IMG/VR virus record: IMGVR_UViG_3300021254_000020
Location: 1 to 64,000 of that record
Strand: one strand, 5' to 3'
From: a virus
Lineage: Duplodnaviria > Caudoviricetes
DNA length: 64,000 bases
Translations under genes and position numbers: made by a program
The notes under the pieces: generated by a model
Database searches by the model: none
What the model was told of the DNA's origin: nothing
What the model saw: the letters and a program-made list of their open reading frames with translations, nothing else
Shown: piece after piece, positions 19,184 through 30,094 of the stretch
Numbering within the stretch: the first letter of the stretch is position 1
How the letters are laid out: each line of letters begins with the position of its first letter

Positions 19184-21130
19184 TCAATTCAATGCAATAA
19201 TCTTGAACATTTCCGTCTGAACGAAGTTGCGGAATTTGATCTTGATTACGGCATAGATAACCTTATTCAAATCATACACCTCGTCTTCAACATATTCAAT
19301 CTCACAGCTCTTAAAGCGATCACGATACTTGTCGATAACCACAGTCTGAACGTCTTTACGATACTGCACAAGATCGTCACCATCAATGAAGGAATAACGA
19401 ATCTTCGGGCAGAGAGCACGGATTGCTTTAATGATTTCCTGAACACCCAGTACGTTATTAACCCAGCTCAACTGAGTATAACGAGTCTGGCTAGTATATT
19501 CGGAATTCATCGTCAGAATGTCACCATCATAGAAGGAGAGATAGTTGATACGCAGGGTATCGAAGATCTTCCTCTGATCTTGACTCGGAGTACGTTTCGG
19601 GCAGAAGTTAAGAGAGTTCTTAATGAAGCTCCGACCCGGGATAACGATACCATATTTCTGACCGCAGAAAGGACGAATACGACCATTAATGAAATGGTCT
19701 ACGAAGAGGATTGCCAAGTCATATGTTACCGTTACATGAATCTTACGACGAGTATACGGATCGTAAATCTTGTAGTTGTTCATGTAAGAGCAACAGAAGC
19801 GGCTATGTGCTTGGTATTGATTCATGATTTCCATCTGATTAATGCTATTGCAATTCAGACCAAAGTCACGCATAAATACCAAGTCTTCACGGAAGATTAC
19901 GAGCTGTTCAATAGCACGTTTAACTTCCTGGTGATAATCAGCATCGAAGATAATATCAACACGGTTATTATCCAGGTCGTAGATATCATCACCATCTTCA
20001 GTGTTGCCACTGAATGCTGCTTTGAGAGCAATATCAACAATGTTCATCTGAGTTGCACTAAGCTGATTGTGTGTAATCTGAGCAGGAGCATCACCAAACG
20101 AACCATTGGAACCGCCTACGAGCGGATTGCCATAAACCGTATCAAGTACCGGAGAACCGTTGGTAGTGAAGTGAGGAATAGGATTATTCATCGTATCATT
20201 ACCAAACAGCAAGTCACAGCTGCTAGCATCGCTTATTCCAGAAATATATTCGATATTCTCTATGAAATCATCATAGATATCATCGAAGAACTGGCAACGC
20301 ATCTGCTTAGATCTGCGATCTACAGCGGTTTCAATACTGGTGTTATACTCGCCTTCAGCGATATACGGATTCAGCGTAAACGGAATACGCTCAAGTTCCA
20401 CATCACCTTCACTAATCAAGAGATAATACTTGAAGTAGTTTACAGGATAGGAAACCTTATCATCTACTACGATACGGAAGCGTTTATTGGAAATACCACG
20501 ACCCATATCAGCGAAGACAATAAGCGGATAACTCCCGTTAGTACCTACAGGCGGCGGACCACCAGCGTCATAGGAATTACGAGCAGCTTTAGCAAGAGTA
20601 GCCATCTTATTGCCTACAATGCTATAGCTTTCAAGAGTAAAGTTAATCTTGGTGCTATCTACCATTACCGGAGTAATAGTTACTCCAGAGGGGATAGAAC
20701 CAGTACCAGGACTCGGCATAGTGCTAGAGCTAATCTGCACAATAGAACCGCTGGACGGATCAGTATACTGCCACAAGAAGATACCATTTTCATCCGTATC
20801 TTGTTCGGATTCTTTAGACAAGTTAGCAACAAGAACCAAGTTAGCAAGTGTGGAGTCAGATGCAACTACACGCTTTACAGTTACGAGGCCACCAGCTTGA
20901 ACCACTTTTGCAGTCTGAATAGATACCTGACCATGGCGCATAAAGCTAGGAGCTCCATACAGATCGAAGTAGTCTGTACCGCGTACTTTGTGCTGCCATT
21001 CTTCAGGACCCTTATCTGCTGTCATTGCTACCATGTAAATAGGACGGTCAATGTTGTCATCGCCAGGCACTGTAATAGGTGGAATGTCAGATTGGTCGTC
21101 CCATTCGATAGTTAAACCAGGAATTGGCAT
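19184..21130 (-). CDS. Tail sheath protein
   Basis: N-terminal PG(L)xIE...KGPE; C-terminal RINYL and sheath-like tail; high-expression codon bias; late-like promoter and structured leader. Confidence 0.85.
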   Translation of the reverse strand: MPIPGLTIEWDDQSDIPPITVPGDDNIDRPIYMVAMTADKGPEEWQHKVRGTDYFDLYGAPSFMRHGQVSIQTAKVVQAGGLVTVKRVVASDSTLANLVLVANLSKESEQDTDENGIFLWQYTDPSSGSIVQISSSTMPSPGTGSIPSGVTITPVMVDSTKINFTLESYSIVGNKMATLAKAARNSYDAGGPPPVGTNGSYPLIVFADMGRGISNKRFRIVVDDKVSYPVNYFKYYLLISEGDVELERIPFTLNPYIAEGEYNTSIETAVDRRSKQMRCQFFDDIYDDFIENIEYISGISDASSCDLLFGNDTMNNPIPHFTTNGSPVLDTVYGNPLVGGSNGSFGDAPAQITHNQLSATQMNIVDIALKAAFSGNTEDGDDIYDLDNNRVDIIFDADYHQEVKRAIEQLVIFREDLVFMRDFGLNCNSINQMEIMNQYQAHSRFCCSYMNNYKIYDPYTRRKIHVTVTYDLAILFVDHFINGRIRPFCGQKYGIVIPGRSFIKNSLNFCPKRTPSQDQRKIFDTLRINYLSFYDGDILTMNSEYTSQTRYTQLSWVNNVLGVQEIIKAIRALCPKIRYSFIDGDDLVQYRKDVQTVVIDKYRDRFKSCEIEYVEDEVYDLNKVIYAVIKIKFRNFVQTEMFKIIALN

Positions 21131-21285
21131 AATAAGTTCCTCCTTTTCTGTCTTAATCTATAAAATTACTAATAGATTTTAGACGATCGTTATACCGGTG
21201 GCAACAACCTACTTGGGCTCACAGCCACCTGATTACCAGTATGTTGCTATTACGCCTGTAGATTTGGAGGAACCGAACATATAGT

Positions 21286-22032
21286 TTATTCGCCAACAAG
21301 GATTTTTTCTAGAGGTGTATCTTTCGGAGTGTCATTCAGCATAGCATAGAGAACTGATTCATCGAAGTCTTCACTGATTAGAGCAGTATATGGGCTGATT
21401 AGTTTACTTACTTGCTTAACCGATACACTCTTATATGCATGCATATCTTTAGACTTACTTAGTCTGAAAGGAATATTAGGATCATCCTTAGATCTACACA
21501 GCTCACTGAATGGTACACCAAACATTTGAGCGTTCAATCCATATGAGGAACCATTGAGAGCTAGGTTGTCTACCATGTATTCGTATAACTTGTCATACGG
21601 GATACTGTTGATAATATACCCTAAGATAAACCACAGATTCATAAACTTTTCTGCATTACCAATATATTGCACTACTGTAGTAGATACTGCAACTTGATCT
21701 CCATCTTGATATCTTAAAATACGATAATCTGCAGGTTCCATGTAATCTGCAAACTTAAAGTCCTTAACCTTATCTACTCTATATGGTTTAGTAGTAAATA
21801 CAGTAGGGAATCTGAAAGGATATATTCCGATATTCTTGCCAGTCTCATTATCCTGTACTGTATAATCGAATATTCCTAGTATTTCTATATACTCACCTAT
21901 AACTTCAGCTATCTTACGCTCAAAATACTTCTCAGGAACGTAAGCTAGAAGCTCCTTATTCTTACCACCTTGGAATATCAGTTTATCTTGTTCTTCTCTA
22001 ATGAAGCTAGGAAGTCCATTATTATCAGCCAT
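21286..22032 (-). CDS. Hypothetical phage protein (possibly a small RNAP fragment)
   Basis: 248-aa ORF, AGGAGG RBS; the C-terminal 'ELCRSKDD..PFR' only loosely suggests a beta' C-terminal piece. Confidence 0.55.
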   Translation of the reverse strand: MADNNGLPSFIREEQDKLIFQGGKNKELLAYVPEKYFERKIAEVIGEYIEILGIFDYTVQDNETGKNIGIYPFRFPTVFTTKPYRVDKVKDFKFADYMEPADYRILRYQDGDQVAVSTTVVQYIGNAEKFMNLWFILGYIINSIPYDKLYEYMVDNLALNGSSYGLNAQMFGVPFSELCRSKDDPNIPFRLSKSKDMHAYKSVSVKQVSKLISPYTALISEDFDESVLYAMLNDTPKDTPLEKILVGE

Positions 22033-22100
22033 TTATATCTCCTCCTTTACTATTACTCATAAAGTCAGGCTAGGAGAATCTAATCTCCTAGCCCTATGGT

Positions 22101-22880
22101 TTATTGCTTTTCTTTAATAAATTTCTCAATAATAATCAACCTATATTCGTTTTCTTCTTTAGATAGTGGTACGTTATTGGAATCGTTTCTTTCTATCATT
22201 CTAAGTGCTAAGTCATTTTTAGTGTGTATATTAACTCCCTTATCTATCATCATATTAGCTACCCTATACTTAGCCTTCTTACAAGCCTTAGCAAAAGCCA
22301 TAGAATCATTCTTGCTAGGATCAGCTCCTAGATCTAATAGTTTAACTGCTAATCTGGTATCCTCACCATCTATAGCATATAATAGAGCATCTCCATTTCC
22401 AGCATTACCCCAATTATCCCATTTAGGTTTAACGTCATTACTATTAATGAAGATAAGAGTCTCTAATAAAATACTATACCTATTAGACTCAGCTATAGCA
22501 GTAATGACCTGATCTACTGCTTCTTCTAGATTCTCTGGTTCGTGTTCCTTGACCCAAGAGAGATAAGCTGCTGTCATATTAGATGGATAAGTATTATTTT
22601 TAGCAGAGCATCCTAAGCATGCTCTTACTATCATCAGATCTGGCACAAACTCTGGGTGACTCATGATACTAAATGCTATTTGATTGTATCTGCTTTCTAA
22701 TATCCTACCCCATAGATAGGGGTTTTGGTAGAATCGTCTACCATACATTATGAATGGATGTTCACCATTCATCATATAAGTCTCATTAGTCTTACTATTG
22801 TAATCATAATCCTTTACATTAATCCCTTTAGCTTTCAGCATGAATAATATTTGGCTCCATGTGTTAATTTTCTCTCCCAT
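22101..22880 (-). CDS. Ankyrin-repeat protein
   Basis: ALLYAI...VKLLDLGADP, AFAKAC...MIDKGVNIH. Confidence 0.72.
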   Translation of the reverse strand: MGEKINTWSQILFMLKAKGINVKDYDYNSKTNETYMMNGEHPFIMYGRRFYQNPYLWGRILESRYNQIAFSIMSHPEFVPDLMIVRACLGCSAKNNTYPSNMTAAYLSWVKEHEPENLEEAVDQVITAIAESNRYSILLETLIFINSNDVKPKWDNWGNAGNGDALLYAIDGEDTRLAVKLLDLGADPSKNDSMAFAKACKKAKYRVANMMIDKGVNIHTKNDLALRMIERNDSNNVPLSKEENEYRLIIIEKFIKEKQ

Positions 22881-22941
22881 GAGAATTCCCTCCTATAGAT
22901 AAACTAGAGGGCTGGTATTGCCCTCTAGATATCCACTTATA

Positions 22942-23124
22942 TTATTCCTTCTTATCTTCTTTGGGTTTTACTACCTCTACGTAACCAGAAGTGTATTCCC
23001 CAGTTACTGGTAGAGATTTCATAGTTGTTTCGGATCTACGACGTCTGCCCTTTATTTTCCTATTGGCTCTAAAGTCCTCTTCATCACAAAACTCTATAGT
23101 TACACCAGGAATCATAATAGTCAA
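22942..23124 (-). CDS. Small protein whose N-terminus resembles the tail-sheath N-terminus
   Basis: IPGVTIEFCDE versus sheath IPGLTIEWDDQ. Confidence 0.5.
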   Translation of the reverse strand: MTIMIPGVTIEFCDEEDFRANRKIKGRRRRSETTMKSLPVTGEYTSGYVEVVKPKEDKKE

Positions 23125-23128
23125 CTCC

Positions 23129-24661
23129 CTATTTCCGTCTTCTACCCGGATAATTTAGATGCTCCATAGTACACGTACCAAAGTTCGTATACAACTCACC
23201 AATGTCTTTCTTATCAGTAGCCAAGATAAGATCTTCATAGTTTCTAAGAACTCTTTGCACATTATCCAAGTTCGGATTAACGTCATTCCAATGCGGGTTA
23301 TTATAAATAATACGACCGTACGGATTTTCTATAGAAGCAGCGTCACTAGCAGGAATAATTTTATCTTTGCTAAAGTCATAAGTGGTTGTTCCACCACTAG
23401 TGGTCCCACCGTGGAGAACACCACCTGTAACTACAGCATTATATACGACATTACCAATTCTAGTGCCTCCAGAAATGATACCGCCTACAACAGTACCACC
23501 AGTAGTGATAATATCTCCAGTAGTAGTGCCTCCAACAAACCCAACTCTGGCATTGCCTTCAGTAGTATATATTGCTGTTCCACCAGTAGCTGTTCCTCCA
23601 GTAGTAGTACCGCCAGTAGTGATATCTCCTACGGTGATCCCTCCAGTAGTGACCATATTTTCACCAGTAACCTCAGTACCGATAACAGTAAGATCAGTAT
23701 ACTTATTCTCAAGAATTTCAGCATTCTGGTTTTTATTGGAATCAACATCAGCTTCTGTTATAGTTGTATCTATCAGCATAGCATTTCTGATAGTACCATT
23801 AGTGACTGTAGCATGGGTGATATATCCAGTGTCTGGATCTACATCACCATCTACATCACCAGCACATACAATACCATTCAAGAAGTACCCATCAGCAAAG
23901 CTACCACCCGTAGATTGAGCATGAGTCATGCCGATAATGATATTATCTTTGTTCTCGCCTTCAACGATACCATCCATAGTACAGCCAGTTAGCTTACCAG
24001 ATTCAATATGACCCTTAACAATATTCTTGTTTTTATCCAACTCAGCATCAGTGATGACACATTCTTCGATCTTAGCAGCTATTGTAGTACCAGCCATATG
24101 GATAGCAGCTTTAAGAGAACGATCGACACCAGCATAGTCACTATACTTAGCAAGACCTCTAATCTGGTCAGTCTTAATAACTACTACTAGGTTAGAATAA
24201 TTAGCAGAGCAATCGATTCTAATCTTATAGATATCCATACTCTCCTCAACTTGTTCTACCTTATAGATATCAGTTACCAAACCAGTACAGTGTTTCATTA
24301 CTCCTTTTTCCAGGTAGTCGAATGTATACACATTCCCAGGTTCTACAATAATAGTCTTATCAAGAGAACTATTAACGTACGTCATCTTTATTTCTAGTAC
24401 CAATCTGGCTTTAGTCTCCACTCCTGTCAGGTTATAAATACTAGCCTGAGTACATGAGCAATGAAGAGGTCCACCACATTTATACAATCCTGCGCTTATA
24501 CCAGGATTTACAACGGTACTAGATTTTCCACATCCACATCCAGGCTTCCATGTACCATAGAATGCAGGAGGGTTTGGATCGAAGACATGATTTACATGAT
24601 TGCAATCATGCCCTGGCCCAAATATCTGAGCCGATTTATTCTGTCCGCAATTGCAAGCCAT
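23129..24661 (-). CDS. Probable virion protein with Gly-Thr repeats and a Cys/His-rich N-terminus
   Basis: Tandem (T/V)TGG repeats; CACA-N6-TA promoter. Confidence 0.6.
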   Translation of the reverse strand: MACNCGQNKSAQIFGPGHDCNHVNHVFDPNPPAFYGTWKPGCGCGKSSTVVNPGISAGLYKCGGPLHCSCTQASIYNLTGVETKARLVLEIKMTYVNSSLDKTIIVEPGNVYTFDYLEKGVMKHCTGLVTDIYKVEQVEESMDIYKIRIDCSANYSNLVVVIKTDQIRGLAKYSDYAGVDRSLKAAIHMAGTTIAAKIEECVITDAELDKNKNIVKGHIESGKLTGCTMDGIVEGENKDNIIIGMTHAQSTGGSFADGYFLNGIVCAGDVDGDVDPDTGYITHATVTNGTIRNAMLIDTTITEADVDSNKNQNAEILENKYTDLTVIGTEVTGENMVTTGGITVGDITTGGTTTGGTATGGTAIYTTEGNARVGFVGGTTTGDIITTGGTVVGGIISGGTRIGNVVYNAVVTGGVLHGGTTSGGTTTYDFSKDKIIPASDAASIENPYGRIIYNNPHWNDVNPNLDNVQRVLRNYEDLILATDKKDIGELYTNFGTCTMEHLNYPGRRRK

Positions 24662-24704
24662 TATAGACTCCTCCTTTCTTTATTACCCAGATGTGGAGTG
24701 ATGA

Positions 24705-25460
24705 TTAGCCCTCTGTCCCAGTTTTCTCTTCTGTTGGTTTAATAATACCAGCACGAACTAATTCCAATCTCTGAACGATATAGATAGTTTTTAGGATATT
24801 GATGATACTATCTTTGAGTTCAGGATTCTCATACATAACTTCTGTAGGCATGTAAGTTAGCTGAGATATACGCTGGAAGAACATCATGATGTAGAATTTA
24901 GTTGCATAATCAGTAATACCAATATTACGACTTAAACGGCTGAAAGCAACCATAATCATGATCTGGAACGGCATCTCTTCACTGAAACCACCATTCAACA
25001 ACTCACGATGTTTCTCATTGGTGTATTGGAACTCAAACTGTTGTAACAGTTTAGGAAAGTATATCACCTCGTACTCAAACCCATTTCTATAGAATAACTC
25101 ATACAAGTCCTCTACAGTACGTTTGAATCTCTTATCCTTCATAAACTTACTGAGGTTGGGTCTCTGTTCTTTAACATACCCAATTACTGGTACGCTGATA
25201 TTCTTCTCGCATACAGCAGTATAGTATGCCACAACACATGCATCTAGTTTACGTTTCTGAATATCCGTCAGCTTCTTATCTTGCTTAATCTCCTCAGCCA
25301 GTTTATCAACTAATGCCGTTTGTTTGGAGATAGGAGAGTAAAATATTTTATGGAACATTTTCGCATATTTATCTCCGAAAGGGACGGTAAACATGTTTTT
25401 CGTATAGGGACGAAAATCCTCTTTAGTTTCAATAGCCAGTTCTTCATTGCTGTTACCCAT
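24705..25460 (-). CDS. Hypothetical protein
   Basis: 251-aa ORF, AGGAGG RBS. Confidence 0.75.
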   Translation of the reverse strand: MGNSNEELAIETKEDFRPYTKNMFTVPFGDKYAKMFHKIFYSPISKQTALVDKLAEEIKQDKKLTDIQKRKLDACVVAYYTAVCEKNISVPVIGYVKEQRPNLSKFMKDKRFKRTVEDLYELFYRNGFEYEVIYFPKLLQQFEFQYTNEKHRELLNGGFSEEMPFQIMIMVAFSRLSRNIGITDYATKFYIMMFFQRISQLTYMPTEVMYENPELKDSIINILKTIYIVQRLELVRAGIIKPTEEKTGTEG

Positions 25461-25476
25461 TATTAGGTTCCTCCTA

Positions 25477-26307
25477 TTATTTTTTATTTAGGTTCTCTTT
25501 CTGTTGTTTTGCTATCTCAGCAGCTGCCATAATTTCAGCTCTATGAGTTTGCTGAATAGCCATACGGATATGAGTTATTACTGTAGGATACATATCCTCA
25601 TTAAAGAGAATCCTATTAAACAGATTGAATACACTTGTATGACTAGATATATTCTGAGTCAATAGTTGTACTATATGCTCATTATTAGCACCATATATAG
25701 ATCTATAGATATACTCGTCAGTTACTGGCATATTTCTCAATGCCGAGATTACTTTCTGCAGATTAGCAACTATCAGAGAAATGGCGTCTCCTTCCCCGAA
25801 TGCCATTCTGCTGTATACTGTGCCCATATCCTTATTCTTACGCATATCTTCCAAGTGAAAGTTTACGTAAATATTATCCTTCTCAGAGCTAATATATCTC
25901 TCGTAGAAGGTAACGATGTAGTTGTTTAGTCTAGATACGAAGAAATCATACATACACCTAGCCAAAGTATACAGGTCTACTCCATTACTCTCATTAAACT
26001 GCAAATCCATATGCTTACAGATAGTTTGGATAATAGTAAGATATACCTCAGCTCTACTTTCGTTAATCCGCTCAGCTTCATCAGGATATGTGACTAGCAT
26101 TTCATTAAACACGTTTTCATAGCTTTCTACTGCATTGGGAGGACCAAATAGGTCAAACGAGTTTAAGCTTCTAGTAAGAGTATCTTCAATGATATCCATT
26201 ACGTAATCTGAATCAAACTGACTCAGTATTACACTCAATTGATTATTACTTCGAATGAAGTACTCCTTGTCATTAATTAGAAAATCCAGCATGTTTAATC
26301 TCTCCAA
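25477..26307 (-). CDS. Hypothetical protein
   Basis: 276-aa ORF in a minus-strand operon. Confidence 0.75.
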   Translation of the reverse strand: MERLNMLDFLINDKEYFIRSNNQLSVILSQFDSDYVMDIIEDTLTRSLNSFDLFGPPNAVESYENVFNEMLVTYPDEAERINESRAEVYLTIIQTICKHMDLQFNESNGVDLYTLARCMYDFFVSRLNNYIVTFYERYISSEKDNIYVNFHLEDMRKNKDMGTVYSRMAFGEGDAISLIVANLQKVISALRNMPVTDEYIYRSIYGANNEHIVQLLTQNISSHTSVFNLFNRILFNEDMYPTVITHIRMAIQQTHRAEIMAAAEIAKQQKENLNKK

Positions 26308-26601
26308 TCATCGTAGATTGATATAGTAATCTATATTGGCATCTTTATCGGTCTCGTAAGCTTCATAAAGATTTATAGCATGGTTTATAACTCTATTGCA
26401 ATAGTTAGCCATGTCCTCTTTTTTATATGGCTCTAGTATGAACTCTATAATAGTATAACCGTTCCTCTTCTCTATTACGTATCCATGGGATGATCGAAAT
26501 ATCCACTTCCTTGTGGTACTATCGTCACCAAACGTAATTAGAGGTTTATTATGCTCATGAACAAAGGTTATTCTAGTATACTTATTCTCTTCAATCTGCA
26601 T
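26308..26601 (-). CDS. Hypothetical protein
   Basis: 97 aa; TACA-N6-TA promoter and AGGAGG RBS. Confidence 0.6.
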   Translation of the reverse strand: MQIEENKYTRITFVHEHNKPLITFGDDSTTRKWIFRSSHGYVIEKRNGYTIIEFILEPYKKEDMANYCNRVINHAINLYEAYETDKDANIDYYINLR

Positions 26602-26687
26602 TAGAAACCCTCCTAATTATGTACTTGTATTCAAATTACTAAAATTTAATAGGCTAGAGGTATATACCCCTAGCCTATACCTACTGT

Positions 26688-27254
26688 TTAGAGAGAAGTT
26701 ACGTAATGATAGAATTGTTTACCAAGCAACTCTATCTCACCACTATTCCTAACCACATGGGAATTAACAGAGAAGTGGTTGATAAAGTAATCATTTAATT
26801 GCTCCAAATCATTTTTGTCTACTTCTTCAGGAATACCCTTAACGAAGTAAACTACTTTTTCTGTATCAGGAGCACACCAGAGACCGGCATAGATTATACA
26901 ATCTGGGTTGGTAAGATGATCATGATGAGTCAATCTAGATACATAGCGATCAGTATCCTCTTTTAGATACTTATCCTGAATGAGATGACTCTCATCTGAC
27001 TGTAATAGGCAGATCAGGTCATTCAGTTGATCATCGCTACTAAGAGCATAATAACTGGTATCCATATATTTATGGCCGTTACCAATATCATTTAAGATAC
27101 GATCAGCTGTCTCTCCTACCCAGCAACCTATTCCTATTACTGGGAAACCATTTTGTTCACTGCTTCTAACAGTGTTATATGATCCCCATAATCCTGATGA
27201 AATCCCGTTTGCGATTTTTTCTGCCATTTCTTTCTTAGAAATATCTTTTATCAT
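26688..27254 (-). CDS. Possible lysozyme-like protein
   Basis: GIGCWVG..A..IL resembles phage lysozyme-like motifs; follows a two-TM protein. Confidence 0.4.
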   Translation of the reverse strand: MIKDISKKEMAEKIANGISSGLWGSYNTVRSSEQNGFPVIGIGCWVGETADRILNDIGNGHKYMDTSYYALSSDDQLNDLICLLQSDESHLIQDKYLKEDTDRYVSRLTHHDHLTNPDCIIYAGLWCAPDTEKVVYFVKGIPEEVDKNDLEQLNDYFINHFSVNSHVVRNSGEIELLGKQFYHYVTSL

Positions 27255-27329
27255 TCTAATACCTTCTTTCTAATAAAAAGAGAAAGAAACGAATAGTAAC
27301 CCCCATTACTATTCGTTTTACGTGATGTC

Positions 27330-27671
27330 TCACTTGGTATTATTTTTAGCATCACGTTCCTCACCCTTAGATTCAGCAGGTATTACATCAGGGGAGGTTA
27401 CATCTCTTTCTTCATATTCTACTTCTTGAGTAGGATGTGCTACTTTAGTAGTAGTTTCATTTGTAAGAGCACCCCTACCAAGAAAACCAGTCAGACCAGA
27501 CACAATAGCCATAGGAACTTCACTACCAGTAGCAGTACCAGAAATAATCTGATGAGCGATAGTTCCAGTAACTGCAATTATACCCATTGCTACTAGCCCA
27601 CAAGCTACGATCTTATCTGTAGACCAAAAACTTAGCTTACGTTTAATCATCATCATGCTTCCCTCCTTCAT
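27330..27671 (-). CDS. Holin-like membrane protein
   Basis: Two hydrophobic segments and a charged C-terminal tail. Confidence 0.45.
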   Translation of the reverse strand: MKEGSMMMIKRKLSFWSTDKIVACGLVAMGIIAVTGTIAHQIISGTATGSEVPMAIVSGLTGFLGRGALTNETTTKVAHPTQEVEYEERDVTSPDVIPAESKGEERDAKNNTK

Positions 27672-30001
27672 TGTTGAGACTCATCTTCTATATTCGAAAA
27701 GTCATCTCCATTACCGTACTGTCCCATGAAGGAAGGCATTGATCTATATATCGATCCATTTTCAATCTCTTCAGGATCTTTATTAAAGTCAGTGAAAAGT
27801 GATGATGGCATATTCCCTTCTACTTCACTATAACTAGAACGACCTAGATCAGGATCTACACTATCTGGATGAATACCATAGAATCTAGCATATGCATCTT
27901 TAGTTCGTTCATCTTGGAGCATCATTCTAAGATGATCATCCTCACTCTTTCTCTGCTGAGCTACGAACTCCGAAAATAAAAGTCCTTTAGACTTGTTCAT
28001 CTGAGCTAGATCTAGATTAACTTGAGCAGCTAATGTATTCATATTAGTAGTGGCATTAAATCGCTCGAGATGTTTAGCCATATCAGCTTCATCTTTAGCA
28101 CCACTAGCCATATCAATTTCATCATCTATATAATCATCAGTTTTAATAGCCGATTTCTCTATACCGAAGTTTTCTCTGAGATTAACTCCATTATACCATA
28201 CGTACAAACTAAGCAACATACTGAAGATGCAGTCGTCGTGGGTCAGATCGCTGTGTTCTACACGTCCGTTCTTTTTTGTCTCCATCCCCCTCATCTCTTC
28301 GAGGATGGTTTTACAGATGAACTTATCTTTATGATAGTTTACTCTTTCTCTAAGTAACTCGATTAGTTGGTTTCTAACTTCGTGCGTACTCTGTAATCCA
28401 TATACCTTTGTAAGTTTAGTAGCTCTATACATCTGACCGTGGACAGTACTCTCTTCGACTATTTTATCTTTCATCTCGTAGTAGAGATTAGGTTTAACTC
28501 GTGTTTCTTTCAATTTCCCAATTACTGCTGAACCAAAACCTCCATTCCTTTCGATATTGATGATACAATTGGGCATCATGTTCAGGGTGATATATTCAAT
28601 TACACGAGCTAAGTCAATAAGGCTAATGGTATTGCTATGCATATGAGCGAATACTCTAGTGGTCTTACTATCTATAATAGTTATAGCAGATGAATCTCGG
28701 CTCATACCACCTGCAGGATCAACTCCCATGATAGGAGGATACTTAGGAACCAAGTTGGCCTTAAGAGGAATCTCCTCATAGATTTCCAATGGGTACTTGC
28801 CGAAAATAAGCACTGTTTTCTTAGGATCTTTAGTGAACTTCTCTATAGTATCCAGTTCCTCTTTAGTGAATGGGCAGTTCTCAGATTCATTAGACCATTC
28901 CAGCAAGTATTCTCTTCGTATAGAAATCCAGTCCCAGTTAGATTCTCTTACACGTTCAGCAAACCATTCCTCACTATAACCTAATTGTTGATAGGAGAAT
29001 TGTACCAGGACGAATGTGCTCATTCTATTACTATCTACTATATTACGTATCTGCATATAGGTCAGGTCATACCACATCTCATTGAATCTAGTAGAGTTAC
29101 ACATTACTTGATAACTCCACTTACCCTCTTCTGTGGTTAGGAACCCAGGAGTAGTTGTAAACATAATACCATACGGAACATTGTTCGCTTTAGCAATAGC
29201 AGTAGCCTTACTCATGGCTGGCACCATGTTTTGGTAGATATCTTTCATGAATGCTATAAACGCAGTTTCGTCAGCCCATAATATATTGAAGGTTTCACCA
29301 CGCAGGAGATTGGCAGCAGATATCTGATTTCTTGCCTTACCATACGTTTTCAATTTATTATGAGTAATAGCATTCTCTAAGAACGTGGTTGTATTAGAGA
29401 CTTTAACCTTCTTACCATTCATCTCGCTATAAATAGCATCGAATCTCAGATATGGAGGTAATAAATCTCTTATACCTCTTATACGAGCTAAGTTCAACTT
29501 GCTATCTCTTTGCTCTTTATTGAGTAGAGATATTTGACTGTTAGTGGTAGCAAAATTAAACACATAAGTTACCCAACAAGCAGCACCTATAGATTTACCA
29601 GTCTGACGAGACAAGATTGTCATGGTATTAAAATTCATCATAGTAAGATATAGGAATGCCATATTCCCTCGGTTTAAGATGAATTTAGATGGTTCACCAG
29701 ATGCTGGTATTCTTACTACCTCTCTGAAGAAATACCAAGGATTCCTTCTACACTCTAATAGTACTTTTTGTTTCATTAGAAATGATAGATTAGGATCATG
29801 AGGATCAATAGATGCTAGATCTGGATCTAGTAATACTAGCATGAATCTATAGTTTTTAATTCCTCTAGACTTCAAATATTCACTCATTTCTATAAATGAT
29901 TTATTTGTAGTACTTCGATGATAGTAAACTGTTATTGGCTGCTCTACCATATTAATGGCTGGACTTGAATTAAATGAGAAATTATCATTGTTTGTAGCCA
30001 T
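27668..30001 (-). CDS. Terminase large subunit
   Basis: SRQTGKS Walker A, WADETAF Walker B, TTTPG, GVDPAGG nuclease, HDDCIFS. Confidence 0.93.
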   Translation of the reverse strand: MATNNDNFSFNSSPAINMVEQPITVYYHRSTTNKSFIEMSEYLKSRGIKNYRFMLVLLDPDLASIDPHDPNLSFLMKQKVLLECRRNPWYFFREVVRIPASGEPSKFILNRGNMAFLYLTMMNFNTMTILSRQTGKSIGAACWVTYVFNFATTNSQISLLNKEQRDSKLNLARIRGIRDLLPPYLRFDAIYSEMNGKKVKVSNTTTFLENAITHNKLKTYGKARNQISAANLLRGETFNILWADETAFIAFMKDIYQNMVPAMSKATAIAKANNVPYGIMFTTTPGFLTTEEGKWSYQVMCNSTRFNEMWYDLTYMQIRNIVDSNRMSTFVLVQFSYQQLGYSEEWFAERVRESNWDWISIRREYLLEWSNESENCPFTKEELDTIEKFTKDPKKTVLIFGKYPLEIYEEIPLKANLVPKYPPIMGVDPAGGMSRDSSAITIIDSKTTRVFAHMHSNTISLIDLARVIEYITLNMMPNCIINIERNGGFGSAVIGKLKETRVKPNLYYEMKDKIVEESTVHGQMYRATKLTKVYGLQSTHEVRNQLIELLRERVNYHKDKFICKTILEEMRGMETKKNGRVEHSDLTHDDCIFSMLLSLYVWYNGVNLRENFGIEKSAIKTDDYIDDEIDMASGAKDEADMAKHLERFNATTNMNTLAAQVNLDLAQMNKSKGLLFSEFVAQQRKSEDDHLRMMLQDERTKDAYARFYGIHPDSVDPDLGRSSYSEVEGNMPSSLFTDFNKDPEEIENGSIYRSMPSFMGQYGNGDDFSNIEDESQQ

Positions 30002-30094
30002 AGCTTACTCCTCCTTTCTAGTTAATTTAAAGTCAAAGAAATCAACAACCATATACTATAATAATGGAATAAGAAAAATAGGAGGTAAATAAGT

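Noticed and set aside
19580-21115. Long plus-strand ORFs antisense to the sheath, chaperonin (55585-56652), 57652-58278 and 23159-23992
   Set aside because: Mirror frames produced by the codon bias or repeats of the sense genes; no RBS or motifs.
9286-30001. Introns or inteins in RNAP, helicase, portal or terminase
   Set aside because: These ORFs are continuous with plausible lengths, show no intein termini or LAGLIDADG motifs, and both HNH genes are free-standing.
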